NCBI RefSeq assembly: GCF_902459465.1
Contig: NC_047080.1
Location: 3,782,001-3,846,000 of the forward strand
Length of the DNA stretch: 64,000 nt
Source: Asterias rubens
Lineage: Eukaryota
Direction: 5' to 3'
Part shown: in pieces, positions 12,788 to 24,500 of the stretch
How the letters are laid out: each line of letters starts with the position of its first letter
Position numbering within the stretch: the first letter of the stretch is position 1
Made by a program: the position numbers and the translations under genes
Notes under the pieces: generated by a model
Database searches by the model: none
The model's input: only the letters and a program-made list of their open reading frames with translations
What the model was told of the DNA's origin: nothing

Positions 12788-15700
12788 CTTTTTGCCCAGA
12801 CTACCGCGACTTTCCCAACGGTTTCATCAAGTACAAGGGTTTACCCCAAGGGACGTCTACGTTCTACAGCCAGGCTCAACTGGTTAACGGCGTACAGAAA
12901 CTCCACAAATGCCACCGAGGGTTTATTCTTAAAGGTCCTGCTACCTCAAAGTGCTCCAGCGGAAAATGGTCCACGAAAAAACCGAAATGTATTCCATGTA
13001 AGTGCAATGGCAAAGTCGGACACTTTATGAAATGTAATTTTTAGCAGGTCGGTTACCCAGTGTAGTCTCGTTGCAAGACTGTCTTGTTTTGATTTGCCAC
13101 ATTTCTCTTCTTATTACAAATTTTCCGCGTGAGCGGGCGCTACCATCTACCAACCGAGCGCCCTCTTGCAAGGTAAAGGACGGTCTTTATGTCATTATTA
13201 TATACGTCGAATTTAACTGCGAATGTCCAGAATTATGAAAGCCATTTGAAATGATGCGACTGGTCAAAATGTGATTGGACGTGGGCTCAAAAGGAATTCA
13301 CGAGCCTCGAAATGTGAAGTCAGCTAGAAGTGGGGGTGGGGTGGGGGGGGGCACATACTTGATAATTAGGGATCGAACGTCCCCATGCCACTTGGCTCCC
13401 CTTGTTACATCACTGGTATACATGTGCGAGGGGCGTAACATGTTACACGTCCTTTTCCTTAGACCCGACCATAGCAAAAATAACCGCAGTGATGTCTCGC
13501 AGTAGGCAACTATTTTAAAATGTTCCTTTGGACAATCATGGTTTTAATTTAACACACTATTTTAATCTTCAGCACCGTGCCCAAGACTCCAGCCCACGGT
13601 GAATAACTACGACAGCGTGTTATACTCGAGGGATCCAAAGGGTGACGGGAACTATCATCACGGCACCGTGGCACAAGTCTACTGCATCACCGGCACAACC
13701 CTAGTTAAAGCGGGGGAGGGTTCGACGACGTGCACGGCCGGGTCGTGGCTACCGTCTATACCGCTCTGTCTGACCAGGGAGACGCTAACCGCTGATGCTG
13801 ACCCTATGAATTCAGAAAGTAAGAAATATTTCTGATTTCCTTGGTCAGCTATAATAGTAAGGTTTGCGTTGACACCATGTAAAAATCTCTTGTGTGATAA
13901 GTGGTTGACCTGAGAAGAGCGGTGTGCTCTGACCGTCTTAAAGACAATGGACACTATTTCGCACTTGGTGTTTCTCACCATATGCATAAAATAACAAACC
14001 TGTGAAAATTTGAGCTCGATTGGTCGTCGGAGTTGCGAGATAACTATGAAAGAAAAAAAACACCCTTGTCACACGAAGTTGTGTGCTTTCAGATGCTTGA
14101 TTTCGAGACATAAAACTCTAAACTTGAGGTCTCGAAATCAAATTCGTGGAAAATTACTTCTTTCTCGAAAACTACTTCACTTCAGAGGGAGCCGTTTCTC
14201 AAAATGTTTTATACTATCAACCTCTCCCCATTACTCGGTACCAAGTGAGGTTTTATGCTGACAATTATTTTGAGTAATTACCAACAGTGTCCACTGCCTT
14301 TAAGCAAAACACTGACCGAGAAACGTCTAGCAGTCCGTAACCAGAGATGTTTTTACATGGTGTCTGTCCTACCTAGATATGTGTGTGTGAACTACCGTAG
14401 CCCTTGTCTGGGATGTACAACATTTTTGGCGCAATCTTACTGAAACATTGCTGTTTGGTTTCTGTCTTCCCAGATTATGTGTGAGCTACCGTAGCTCTTG
14501 TCTGGGATGTACAACATTTTTGGCGCAATCTTACTGAAACATTGCTGTTTGGTTTCTGTCTTCCCAGATTATGTGTGAGCTACCGTAGCTCTTGTCTGGG
14601 ATGTACAACATTTTTGGCGCAATCTTACTGAAACATTGCTGTTTGGTTTCTGTCCTCCCCAGATATATGTGAGCTACCGAATCTGTTGTCTGGGATGTAC
14701 CTGAACGACGCGGTGGACCCAGTGTCTGACGGGGCCCAGGTTGAGTACGAATGCTTCTCGTTTGCTGAGCGAGCCACCGATATTCCCGTACAGTGCTATC
14801 AGGGGGAGTGGTATCCTGACTCGCCCAAGTGTGTGGAGAGTAAGAATTGATCAGTATATTTTTTTTAAAGGGCAAGGCACCAATGCATTTTCTTCTGGGT
14901 AAAGGGCACCATAATGAGGAAATTTTAATTTACTATTGGATCATTTCGAGGGCACCAAGGCAATGACCAGGGGCATGGAGGCAATCGCCTTCGTTGCCTC
15001 CCTGAAGTATCAGGCTTGTAAGTGATTGGACGAATCGGAGTACAATGAAAAATATGTGTGACGGACACGTTGCTCTGTAAATTTGGTTGTGTTTGAAACT
15101 TAATATCAGTTTTTCCATGAAATGAAAAGATAGGTTTAGTGTTTCATGACGCCACAAAAATAGACCTTCCATATTTTATTGGTGCAATAACTGTTTAATT
15201 ATTACTGTTTTTAAGTTAAAATGCTCTCATTTATTATTATTAGTATTATTATTATTTGCATTGAAAGGTAGGCTTCAGAAAACTGTTGATGCGTCACGTG
15301 TAGTTTATTAAAACCATTACAAATTTCACCCTTGCTTTATCAAAGAAATACTTTTGTTGTTATAAAAACTTTACAGTTGTTTATTTTTACGATTTTACTC
15401 TTATTTCCAACCAGAGAGTTGTGAGATTCCCTCGACCCCTCATTACGTTGTGATAGCCACCGAGCTGGACGGGAACAAGTTGGCACACGGGCACCATCTA
15501 CAGTTCGAGTGCGAGAAGGGGTACCGTCTGGCAGGTGACTCGGAGATACAATGTGTCTTCGGTGAATGGTTGGGAAACATCCCCAGATGTGAACTAGGTA
15601 AAGAAGACATCAAAATCAAGGGCCCAATTTCATGGCTCTGCTTAAACTGTAATTTTTTGCACAAGGAGTTCCAACATGATGCAGTATGTGGAAAAAAAAG

Positions 15701-18385
15701 CTGTTGGAGTGGCTCTTTGTTCAACATCTCCTTAAAGCAATAGTGTATGTGAGAGACGCAGAAAGTCTGGTTTCACGCTCGAAGATTCTGAAAAATGAGC
15801 TAGGTCAGACACACTGGTGGCACATTTTACATGAAAATATGTGTAGAAAAAGCCAGTGGAATAGCTACAGAACTATGGTGGGAAAGAGGTTGTAACGTAC
15901 TTTCTTATTTGACTACAGATTCCACTCACGACTTCTCGTCGTGCGGCGTTGCAGGCGACACCTCCCCGATCAGAGGACGTGTAATCGGGGGCATTGACTC
16001 ACGGGAGGCGGCGTGGCCCTGGCAGGCCGGAATCTACTGGCAACGAGATGACGGGTCGGTATGTATACATTCGTTGCCTTGTATAGACATGGAAATACTA
16101 AAATTAAGTCAACGGCCATAGCCCTCGCTGCAGAGTATCAAATCTCAGGCCTAACTTCTTTGCCAATTTCTCCTCATTTTCAGTGGTTTTTCTTTTGCGG
16201 CGGGACGTTGGTGAATCAGAGTTGGGTTTTATCCGCCGCTCATTGCTTCGGTTATGACGAAGACATCTCTAGACTGGAGGTTCGACTTGGTAAGATGAAG
16301 TTGGGTATAGATTCGGCCAATGAGGGCGCTAGGAGTGAGGTGGGAAAGTGTCATCACATACATTATAAGACACCTAGGATTATGTCTTGGGTGTCATCTC
16401 TGTACATTTTTATTGTCTGGCGCCGCCACTGCATGTTTTTTGCCTCACGATACCATAATTGTCTCACAAATCCACTTTAATGTTATTATTTTCGAACACT
16501 ATTTTGACTCAATGTTAATGCCCTTTCTATGCTTCGGCTTATGCATCGGCCTGAACAGGGAACCGGGAACTGACATTTTTGTAGGGCAGGTTTTCACGCA
16601 TTGTGGAGATTGGTAATTGAAACGGCAGTATTACTGACAAGTTGATCGTAATGGGTATGGACAGTGAACAATGTATAATGGTCAATAGTGTATGTCTGTG
16701 CGGTGTCCAGTTTCGAAAAATAACAGCATTCTGTTACCAACACAATGTCTAATGATATAGACATGGGAAAACCATCTAATTAAAAAAAAAAAAAAAAAAA
16801 TTACTGTTGTGTTTATATACATTAATAATGGTTTATAAACTACGAGTTTTTAAAGGCAATGGACACTATTGGTTATTGTCAAAGACTAGCCTTCACAGTT
16901 GGTGTATCTTAACATATATATAAAATAACAAACCTGTGAAAAATTGAGCTCAATCGGTTAATGACATTGAAGTTGCGAGAAATTAAAGAAAAAACACCCT
17001 TGTCACACGAAGTTGTGTGCATTTAGATGGTTGATTTCGAGACCTCAAGTTCTAAACCTGAGGTCTCGAAATCAAATTCATGGAAAATTACTTCTTTCTC
17101 AAAAGCTATGGCACTTCAGAGGGAGCCGTTTCTCACAATGTTTTATACTACCGACCTCTCCCCATTACTCGTCACCAAGAAATGTTGTATGCCAATAATT
17201 ATTTTGAGTAATTACCAATAGTGTCCACTGCCTTTAACTCATTGTTTCAGGAATCACAAACCGAAAAACCGACCACGGTACCTACAGAGAGCAGAAATTT
17301 AACATCGATGGACTCTACATTCCCAAACAACACGATTTCATCTATTTCGACTACGACATTGCCCTACTCCACCTCTCTGAACCCGCCGTGTTCAACACGT
17401 TCGTAAGGACCGTGTGCTTGCCAGACGTACCGGCACCAGACGATGACGTCGGTACGTTTATAATTATGACACAAGCATTCTCATTGGTTACTCTACAACC
17501 CGTGATTGTAGGTTTGACGAATCGGGAGAACCGGTGGTGAATGTAAGGCCTTTGAATGCCCGAGTGCCATTTAACCACAATGTTGCAAACACTTAAAACA
17601 TTTAGCCTAAGGGTCATGTCACACTAGTAGGCAGTTACATCAACCAGTTCCAGACAATCTCCATGAATGAAATTCATTCACATTTTAATATTCTTGGGGA
17701 TCGTAAGACATTGATTAAAATTTTTTTTACTCATGTGCTACCGAAGTGGTCATGTATGCACTGCAGTTGGTTGCCTCCAAGTTACCTCGTGTGAAATGGC
17801 CTTGTATATTTGAGAGGCATTATTTAGGAAAGTTTTACTGTCTGCAAATTAAAATGATGTGTGAGCTATTTAAAAACAATTTAGCGGTGATTATAATTTC
17901 TAATAACTGGTTGTTTACAATTCTCAGATCGGCTGATTGAAGTTGACGAGTTTGCCATGGTCCTTGGATGGGGCCACAGCTCCCCCGTCCCGGCCAACAG
18001 CAGCAGGGGGAACAACTTCGAAGACGCCTTGCAGCAGCTCGAAATGCCCCTCCGTACTGACTCCACCTGCACCAACAGCCTGATCAGCATAGGCGAGGAG
18101 CCGGACCAGTACACCGAGCACATGTTCTGCGCTGGGTACAATCGAAAACAACGGGATGCATGTTTCGGGGACTCCGGTGGGCCACTCATGAGGCGCGTCG
18201 TGCCACCCTTGTCCGGAGAGACTGACTGGCGATGGGTGCAGATCGGCATCGTGAGCTCGGGCAAGGGTTGCGCTGTGAAGGGACAATTTGCGTTTTTCAC
18301 TCATGTGCCCAAGTTGATGTGGTGGTTGGACTCGGTCATGAAGGGGAATCATACGCCATCTGCACATGACATGTATCTAGTATGA
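12788..18385 (+). CDS. Multi-CCP (sushi) trypsin-like serine protease, 5' end not located; at least 4 CCP domains plus an S1 protease domain
   Basis: Phase-compatible GT-AG exons: 12788-12997, 13573-13818, 14663-14839 and 15415-15597 (each a phase 1-1 CCP with C..C..C..W..C), then 15919-16058 (SCG...R|VIGG activation site), 16184-16289 (SAAHC), 17251-17451 (DYDIALL) and 17928-18385 (DACFGDSGGP, stop). The catalytic triad and the trypsin S1 Asp are intact. Confidence 0.92.
13938..14303. mobile_element. Kolobok-like MITE family A copy in a protease intron
   Basis: TTAA flanks, TIRs and the shared body. Confidence 0.85.
14345..14700 (+). repeat. About 95-bp tandem repeat (about 3.7 copies) spanning an intron-exon junction
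   Basis: AG acceptors recur at 14376, 14473, 14567 and 14662. Copies 2 and 3 are identical by eye. Confidence 0.9.
16850..17237. mobile_element. Kolobok-like MITE family A copy ending 13 nt before a splice acceptor
   Basis: TTAA flanks, TIRs and the shared body. Confidence 0.85.
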
Positions 18386-21300
18386 GCATGTATATAGGTG
18401 GTTTTTAATACCAGACAATACTTTAACAGAGTATGACGCTAATCATGCTGCAGACATACCATGCCCTCTAGCATTTTGTTCTGCAGTTTAGAAATGCCAT
18501 CTTCAAATATTTTCCTGAGTTATATTTTGAGAATTCTCTTTTTGGAATTGATTACGAACGAACTAGTTTTCATATAAAATCTCCACGACAGTGGGAGTTT
18601 CGGAGTATGAACCTGCGACCTCCGGATTAACGTGCGACGCTCTATACCAACTGAGCTTCCCCTATGTTGGCAGTCCGCATTTTTCTGCACATTTTTTCTG
18701 CAATCCTTAAAACATTTTTATATACCTTTTTTAAAGATCTCCCGTTTTTTAATCGATTTAGAAACAAATGTTCCCACATTAGAAGCACTACGACAGTGGC
18801 AATTTCGTAGTGCAGATAATACTTGCTGGCGCTCTCCCTACTCCCTACTCTTTTGTGCGTTGTGCTCAGATTAAAACAACATTTAAATAAATATAGGTTT
18901 TCTCGGTCAATTTCGGCAAATGAGCAGTCAATTTCATTTTCATGCGTTCGAATTAAAGCTGTTTTGCCTCTGCAGTTGTTACTGCGTTTCAAATTCAGAA
19001 TTCGGCCATTCATATTAGTTTTGGGTCGAGTCAAATTCCTTTAGCACTCTGTTCAATTTAGCGTATCGTCATTCCTTTTTCGTGACACACACGCCTCAAG
19101 AAGCGTCTGCGAATTTGAGTGCTGCTTTGATGAATTGTTAAATCGAATGATTATTTTGTTAAATCGAATGACGCAACATTACATTTGACTAATCCCAAAA
19201 CGAAATCGAATGACCCTTTTGAGTAGCATTCGATTTTGCGCGAAATAGAACAGCTTGGTGGTTAAATTGGCTGCTCATTTTCCGAAATTGACCGAGAAAA
19301 CCTATATTAACATTACGTTCACTATCGGTTTAGGTATACATGTATTATTAAAATCAACTGACATTAAGCATATATGCTGATACACAAAAAATGCATTTGA
19401 TGAGAAATAAAACAATATATAATATATCTTATTCAATTGTTGTCAATATTTTAATAGAATTATTATAAGTGTAATGAAACATTTATTATTATCTTTCAAA
19501 TTGAGAGAAACTTTATATAATAACTGTTTGAGATTAATGTTTCAAACTCATCGATGTTATTGTAACATATCCGTCTTATTGCATAACTTAATATAATGTA
19601 TTATAAACATAAGAAAAATACAAGTGGTTTGATTGGAATATTAATAAACTTGGAATACTATATTATGACCTTCTTAATTTTAAATAGTTAATTATGATTA
19701 CCCTGTAGTCCCCTTAAACACAAATTACTGCAAATTTATAATTCAGGCTTTACTTCAGGGGGGCAATGAAGGCGATTGTCTCCATGCCCCCAGGTCAATG
19801 CCTGCGTGCCCTTGCAATGCTCCAACCTTGGTAACATTATTATTCCTCTTCTCGAAGTCTGTTGTCATCCTCAAACATTATTACATAAAAACAAGTTTTC
19901 ACTGTTCCCTCGAACCCATAGTTATTTCGTACTAAGCGCTGGAAATCGACCAACGGTGGGAACGATCAAGGGAATGTACACTGGTGAACATCACCCAGCC
20001 ATGGTACATGCGTATTTGTTGCACGGCACGTGATTGGTTCTCGACCAATCAAACTTCACAATTTGTACAGAGGTGTAACAATAAATATCGACAATCCTCT
20101 TTACTAATGAGAAAATGCCTTGGTGCCCTTGCCCTTTCAACAACAAAGCATACAGGTCTGAGTATTGATTCGTAGTCACGTTAACGATTGGTATTAATTT
20201 ATAATTTGCCCAATATTGTTACCCTTACACCGATATGTATAAGCACTGTATACTCAGTACTTCTCGAGTTCTGAGAAAACATCCACACTCGGCAAATCAC
20301 TCGGGTGGGATTCGAACCAACGACCTTTTAACTGCTACAGTAAGAGTGATTTTCCTGTGAATTGTTCCCCCTCCAAAGAAACTCTGGAAAGTTTAGCTCA
20401 CAGTGCTTATTACACGTTAGTGTATGGGTAAAAGAACAGTTCTTTATTCCCGATTCAAAAATAACGAATATGATTAATTTACCTGTCATAAGACTAAGCC
20501 CCTTCCCCTCCCACCTCCACCCTGAAAATTTCACTCAGAACTCTACTTATTCATTATTGTCTTTTTCGGATACACAGCTTGAACATGTAATAAATTTGTG
20601 CTGTATATTTACCCAGCACTTACGGCTCTCACCCTTCTGCCGTCGATCAGTAAAAAAAATTAATTAAAATGTTTTCGTAAATTTGATTTTTCTGTCCCCC
20701 TTTGAGTGTTTGTGTGCAATATTTCCAGTTACCATCCAGACCTAAAACACTACAAAAACGAAAAGAGTGAGACAAGGGTACAGTCAAGTGTGGTGAAAAG
20801 CTCTCCAGCCTTTAAAAAAAGAGTTGGCTAATTACTTGGTAACACAGACGTTTTGTTTAGTCAGAATATTCATTCTTATTGAAACACAAAACTGACAATT
20901 GGGGCTATACGGTTTGAAGCAGACACTCAATTCATGACGTCACGTTGCAAAAATGTTAAACGGCGCCCATAATATTATTCACCTATAAAGGCAGTATACC
21001 TTTTGTTTTTGGAACCGGTCGGTGGTTTTAATCCTAGATAAAATATAGAAAATGTACAAGGTAGATGAACAAAATAAAACTACGACGTGAACCTATACGG
21101 TCGTCGCGTTTTCAGAGCGAATATGTCCACAGAACTATCCCTCCGAATAATAAAGACGAGAATTGTAAGTCAAAACCTCAACAATAATGAATAAATAAAA
21201 ATAAAAATCTATGATGTCCTTCCCTTCTCAGCGGTAAATGGCGATTTTTTGATAGCCTGAACAGTCTGACGTCACACTTCGAAAACTCGTGAATAACGCC

Positions 21301-21512
21301 AGAGAGTGGCCGCAAGCCTAGGTCAATCCCCGCCCAGTCATCTTTCATATGCAGACGACCGAAAGTGCTGCTGCCAAACGTCACCTCGAGCCAATCAAAA
21401 CACAGATAGAAAGCTTACATCACTGCACGTTTATCCAATTAAATCATTGCATCCAACGTAGTGAAGAGTGAAGAGCAAGTTCTGTTTATGTGGATAAAGA
21501 CAGGGCACCAGT

Positions 21513-24500
21513 CTACTCTTTGGCTGTCTCCTGAGTATCGACGGCTATATGTCTCTTCCAAGCAGATGCAAAGTAGCCCAGACCTACGCCAATCAGAACG
21601 CTGATAACCAACCACATGTTATACGTCATAACAATTAGCATAAGGATGTAGCCAATCCCAGTGAGTAAAACTTGTAGGAGGGTTTGGATTACGTGGGGCC
21701 AACTCAGGATCGCGATTCTGCATTTTGGTGAAGAATAAATGATATCGTTATAGGCAGTGGACACTATTGGTAATTACTCATAAAATTACTCATTAGCATA
21801 AAACCTTTCTTGGTGACGAGTAATGGGGAGAGGTTGATTGTATAAAACATCGTGAGAAACGGCTCCCTCTGAAGTGCCATAGAGTTCGAGAAAGAAGTAA
21901 CTTTCCACGAATTTGATTTCGAGAACTCAGATTTAGAACTTGAGGTCTCGAAATCAACCATCTATAAATGCACACAACTTCGTGTGACAAGGGTGTTTTT
22001 CTTTCATTATTACCTCGCAAGTTCGATGACCGATTGAGCTAAAATTTTAACATGTTTGTTATTTTATGTATATGTTTGGATACACAAACTGTGAAGGTTA
22101 GTCTTCGACAATTACCAATAGTCTCCACTGTCTTTATTATAAATAGAAAACACACCAAAAATAACGAGCAATGCAAAACTGTGAGAAAAATAATATGTTC
22201 ATAGCATATACTTAAAAAGTAGTGTTTAGGCGTATCAGTTACAATTAGATGTACATTCAATGTATTATACAGGATTGGAACAACTGAAAATAGTCAGCGT
22301 TCATTTTTGTGTGTGATCTGAAAAGAGCCGGTGAGTGTCTCAAAGTTTCAAATAGTATATACTCTGCTCGTCTTCAGGAGAATGACGGACGGTGGTAGTG
22401 GAGCTTAAATGGGGCTGTTTAGTTTACTATACTTACTCCCCCTCTGCATGCTTTTCCAGAATTTGTGATTTTTCATTCTCCTTGGCGATTTCCCGATGTC
22501 TAACGTTGATGGCGGCATTCCGGATGTGAAGAGCCCGGAAGGTTTTGAGGACTTCGAAAACAAACCCAATAATAAGAACGATGGCACAGCTACCTATAAG
22601 ACCTGAGATGGGTGAACAGAATACACAAATAATATAACAAGTTCTTATATAGCACAAAATTCACATCAACCATCTCAATGCGCTTTAAATTAGTGCCCTG
22701 GTCATTGGGCCAATCACATTCCTTTAAAGCTTTCTCAACTCCCTGGGGGTATAAAACCCGAGCAACCGTAGCGCTCCAGATTCTTTTGGACAAAATATCA
22801 ACCTCTACCATCACAGGTACCCATGTATACTCCTGGGTGAAGAGAAGCAATTCTAGTCAAGTAGACCGGGATTAAAACCCACACTCCGATGACTTAACCA
22901 CCACAACTTGACTTGAATTCGATGCTCTTTACTCGGCCATGACACCCAATTTATGCTCAGTAAGGAAGAGTTTTTATGCCGACTTTAAAATACAGCAATG
23001 GTTTCTGTAATAACGATGTATCAAATTCCCTTTAAAAAATGAAGACAGCACATCTGTTTAAACGGTGACTTCAGGCAGTACATACAGCGAAACCATTGTT
23101 GATATTAACCATATATAATGGCTTAATTAATACTTTGATGGGAATACCACCCGCAGCAAAATGTGTAATTGCAAACACAGTAATCAAAATAATTAATTTA
23201 AAAATTGTTGGGCTTGAATAGGTTTGTACATCAAAGGTAATTACCTTCCTGTACTGGATGTTGCATCTATTATCTTGATAATTTAAATGTTTGTCCCAAA
23301 TTTTAAAGGGAAACGTAGCCGGATTTTATTACTGCTGCTCTCTCAATGGACAAGAGTGAAAAACACCACTCCTTACATTTCGAGTTTTCCCTCAAATGGA
23401 TCTTTAAAAAGAGTGGTTGTTATATTTCACTCTTATAGATGGGTTTCACTCCAGGACAGAGTGAAAAAAAAAAAACACTCATAAAGATGCAAACTTTAAT
23501 ATAAAGGAGTGGAAGATCACTCGAAAAAGAGTTGTCCCTCATAATGACTCATCAAAGAGTTTGAATCTTTAAGATGGGTTTCACTTCAGGACAGAGTGAA
23601 AATCACTCATAAAGATGCCAACCTCAACAAGAGTGGAAGACCACTCGAAAAAGAGTTGTCCCTCATATGGCTCTTTAAAAAGAGTGGTGGTTATTTCAAT
23701 CTTTAAGGGGGGTTCCACTCCAGGACAGAGTGAAAATCACTCATAAAGATGCAAACTTCAATAAGGGTGACAGACCACTCGAAAAAGAGTTGTCCTTCCC
23801 ATATGGTTCTTCAAAGAGTGCTTTTCACTCGTTTGCATTAAAAGAGTGGGGTGTTTGGATGATGACGGACGACAGAAGCCTCTACATGTATGTATGTTTA
23901 TTTTTGAATGTGATTCCCAAGAAATGTGGGGTCCCCTCTTTAAATCAAAATGTATTGCTGAAACCCTTATATGTGCATACAGTAATTCACCATTGGAAGT
24001 TCTGGAAACAATTTCCGTTTAACAAACCCACATCTGTTTTAAACACCCCATTAATACCTCTATCAAATTACCTTTTTTCAGACGTGACCCGGGAAACTAT
24101 AAAAGTGTACTTTTTCTTTATGAAAAAATTATAATAAATGTTAACGATCATCAGTCTTAAAAATTACATATTCAAATTTATGTATTGTCAGAACGAATCG
24201 TTGCATGCCACCCGTACATAAGTCTTTGAATTATGTACAAAACATGAAATGAATATAATCCGTCTATGTTTCTTTAAATGTAATTGTAGAATTTTGTTTA
24301 TGCATGATAATATTAATAACGGCATATATGATATTGTCTGAGCACTGTAAAGTTTCAATTTTTAGACTCTTAAGGCACAGGACACGTTTGGTAATTGTCA
24401 AAGACGAGTATTCTCACTTATGTTTAAATTTGAGTCAACATTTTTCACATGTTTGTTATTTTACGCATTATGTTGAGATACATCCAGCGGGAAGCCTGGT

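Noticed and set aside
13568-13585. REST/RE1-like TTCAGCACC
   Set aside because: Only a half-site, and fully explained by a splice acceptor and CCP codons.
17881-18367. Minus-strand ORFs of 139 and 147 aa
   Set aside because: Antisense shadows of the GC-rich protease exon.
12788-18385. Calling the protease complement factor B/C2
   Set aside because: No vWA exon lies between the last CCP and the protease, and it has a classical R|VIGG activation site.
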